NCBI GenBank assembly: GCA_000708835.1
Contig: DF236978.1
Span: 248,001 to 312,000 of the forward strand
Origin: Klebsormidium nitens
Taxonomy: Eukaryota > Plantae > Klebsormidiophyceae
DNA length: 64,000 nt
Direction of reading: 5' to 3'
Shown: piece by piece, positions 61,838-64,000 of the stretch
How positions within the stretch are numbered: position 1 is the first letter of the stretch
Layout of the letters: each line of letters opens with the position of its first letter
Program-made: the position numbers and the translations under genes
The notes under the pieces: model-generated
Databases searched by the model: none
What the model was told of the DNA's origin: nothing
The model's input: the letters and a program-made list of their open reading frames with translations, nothing else

Positions 61838-63718
61838 TCAGCAACAGCTATAGTAGTCGTTCTCGAGCCAAGTTGACGTCACGGACCGCTCCCGCAACTC
61901 GTCAAGGCTCGGCAGCTCGTACACTGGCACGTTTGACGTGCTCGCGCAGCAAAATCTGGCGAGGTTAGTGGCGCACCCTTTACTGAAGGGCGACACGTTG
62001 TCCGGAAGAGGCCTGAGGGAAGCAACAAACAAAGAAGGCATCAGATTTCGGCTTATGCCCAAAAAGAGAGCCGTTCAACGACCTTGGTCTTTAGACGAAG
62101 CGTTTGGAACTTTGGGCCCCGGGGTCAACCGGCCCGTCGACGTTTCCGTCTACCGATTGCCCTAGGTTCGTCTCCCAAGCCGGGAGCATCTAGAGCCAGA
62201 AAAGACAAGCTAACGCACAGGCACCCAAAGAGGAGATCCCACGTAGAAGCAAGCAGAAAGATCGTTCACAAAGAGAGCCTTCAGCAGACGAGGTCCCCTG
62301 CTCCAATCTTTGCTGCGCCAAGGCCGTACAGAGGTATTTCCGTCCCTTACTTTGGAAAATTGGGAAACACAGAAACTACAAGAGCTGTAGCACTCGCTGA
62401 CGGTCTGGCCGGAATCAACTTGGCCTGGAATCAGGCTACCGTTGTTTTTGTGACTCCGTTCTCCTATCCTGGACCCTTGCAAGGCGGACCACGTGACCGG
62501 GAGCCTCACCTAAGATATGCTATTCGTTTTCGCCTGGTGGTTTCGTAAGTTGTTTGATCAGTCGCAGCCAGGTACCTGCAAGGAGTTGCGCAGATGACAT
62601 CACTCAGCGTCAGCGAGGCGGCGACAGCAAAGAACTACGTACAGACCGAGGTGTCGCAACCTGCGTCACACTTCTTTCAGCTACCTGCCCTTCAGGTGGA
62701 CATTCTTTCAAAAGCCCTCCTGAGTCAGATCGACTCGACTGGCCAGTAGCCTCGGACTTGGGGACACGATCCAGGAAATGCATTCGTGTTCTCTTCCAGA
62801 AAGCGCATCCACATGTGACAAGACTCGAACGAGTTGCGGGCACATTGTCCTTTCACGGTCCGACAGCGAACTCATCGTTGTCCACGACAAAGGGATTCCT
62901 CAGGCCCACGCAACCACGCTTCCCGAGCACCAAAGTTCGTCAAGCACAAAGAGCCGGCACAACGCGTTTGCGAGCTGCGCATAAGGGCATGATCTTTGAT
63001 AAACTCTGTAAGCCTCCTTCGTCTTCCGTCTTTCTTCTTCGTCTTCTCTGTCATCTGCTGACGTGACTTTGTTTTTCCTTGTTCTCATTCCTGCGCACGA
63101 TCCCGAAGAGTACTAAGATAAGTTGCCCGAAACTCACCCGTGAAAGACGAGCAACGCGACGAGGAAGATGAGGAAGCATATCAACGTGATGGTGTCCAGG
63201 ATCATAAACACGTTCAACGAGAACCTGCACACCGACGAGACGCACTGCGTAAGAGGTGACGCGAAACGCCTGAAAGAGATTGAAAGCTTCTGAGGAAGAA
63301 AGAACAGAGACTCGCACCGGGACACGGACCGTCCGCTGCACACGAGCCCTTGCTCTGGTCGTTCCAGTCGAGCGCCAGAAGAGAGTCCAGACGCCGAGGC
63401 AAGATTTGAACACTCAGGCTAAAGGCCGAAGTCAAAAGGAAAAACCAAAGCCACACGCCAATCTACGACCCGTCCCCTGCTCACCAGCCCTCGGTTTGGT
63501 CGTTCCAGTCGAGCGCCGACACGTTGATCGCGACGGTCCAGACGCCGAGGCAGGACTGGAAGAAGAGGTACCACCAGAAGCGGCGGTGGTTGCGGTAGCC
63601 GACGCAGGTGCCGACCCAGAAGCAGTGGTGGTCGAAGCGCAGCACGCAGCGGTCGCACTCGTGGCAGTGCTTCGTGCGCAGCGGCTGCCACACGCCGCAG
63701 TACGTGCACCGCTTGCCG
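61838..63718 (-). CDS. PAT10: DHHC protein S-acyltransferase PAT10-like, 3' four exons (5' part lies beyond the window)
   Basis: Exons 63718-63485, 63224-63138, 62575-62510, 62012-61838 are phase-consistent. CTYCGVWQPLRTKHCHECDRCVLRFDHHCFWVGTCVG, TTYE, RRKRIAYLR, PFSKG and the C-terminal CC match plant PAT10. Confidence 0.9.
63335..63400 (-). repeat. Intronic copy of the PAT10 DHHC-exon 3' end
   Basis: TGGTCGTTCCAGTCGAGCGCC and GTCCAGACGCCGAGGCA recur at ~63356-63402, copying ~63497-63553. Confidence 0.8.
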
Positions 63719-63808
63719 CTGCATAGCGGAAAGGGAATCGGTGTTGAAGGTGTCAAGTGAGGATGAGGGAGTTAATTTCTGGAGTGGATAAGCAGTCATT
63801 AAAGGGCC

Positions 63809-63985
63809 ACACGCCGCAGTACGTGCACCGCTTGCCGCTTGCCGCTGAGAAAGTGTGCGGGGAAAAACGAGTCCGGTACTTGATCGCCTGGTATTCTTTT
63901 CAGGAACTTGTGTAAGTGAGCGATGAAATGAGAATGTGTACTGGCGCGCCACGTGCTACAGTAGGTGCTCCGCTTGCCGCTGCAC
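63809..63985 (-). repeat. Two intronic copies of the PAT10 DHHC-exon acceptor and start
   Basis: CAG|CGGCAAGCGG(T/A)GCAC(G/C)TACTG copies start at 63844 and 63979; the functional exon starts at 63718. Confidence 0.85.
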
Positions 63986-64000
63986 AGAGAAGAGGCGGTT

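Overview
Eukaryotic, intron-rich nuclear DNA of a green-lineage organism. Plant-type orthologues, GC3-rich exons and 0.3-2.4 kb GT-AG introns suggest a streptophyte alga such as Klebsormidium (inference, not shown by the sequence). I assembled phase-consistent spliced models by hand. Left to right: PAT24/TIP1 ankyrin-DHHC S-acyltransferase (-), a partly resolved AT-hook gene (+), a RING-HC protein (-), a TSC10/KDSR-like SDR lacking its catalytic Tyr and Lys (+), rhodanese STR9 (-), an intron-containing tRNA-Tyr (-), a frameshifted SDR (+), SAM carrier SAMC (+), an ~812-aa coiled-coil protein (-), a CPBP/CAAX protease (+), an ~8-TM orphan membrane protein (-), an intronless LuxI/FeeM-like GNAT acyl-synthase ORF (+) and the 3' part of PAT10 (-). 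Non-coding structure includes two TA-flanked MITEs, a hairpin element, a ~400-bp foldback, decaying tandem copies of exon edges in three genes, and intergenic islands depleted of purine-purine/pyrimidine-pyrimidine steps. Best candidates for novelty: (1) a bacterial-type AHL/N-acyl-amino-acid synthase homologue with eukaryotic gene architecture, facing an orphan membrane-protein gene; (2) a KDSR pseudo-enzyme; (3) recurrent splice-site echo arrays; (4) the RY-alternating islands, often carrying CCGGCCGG; (5) one telomere-like/G4 core inside two unrelated inverted-repeat shells. All alignments and counts are manual, and no database searches were run.
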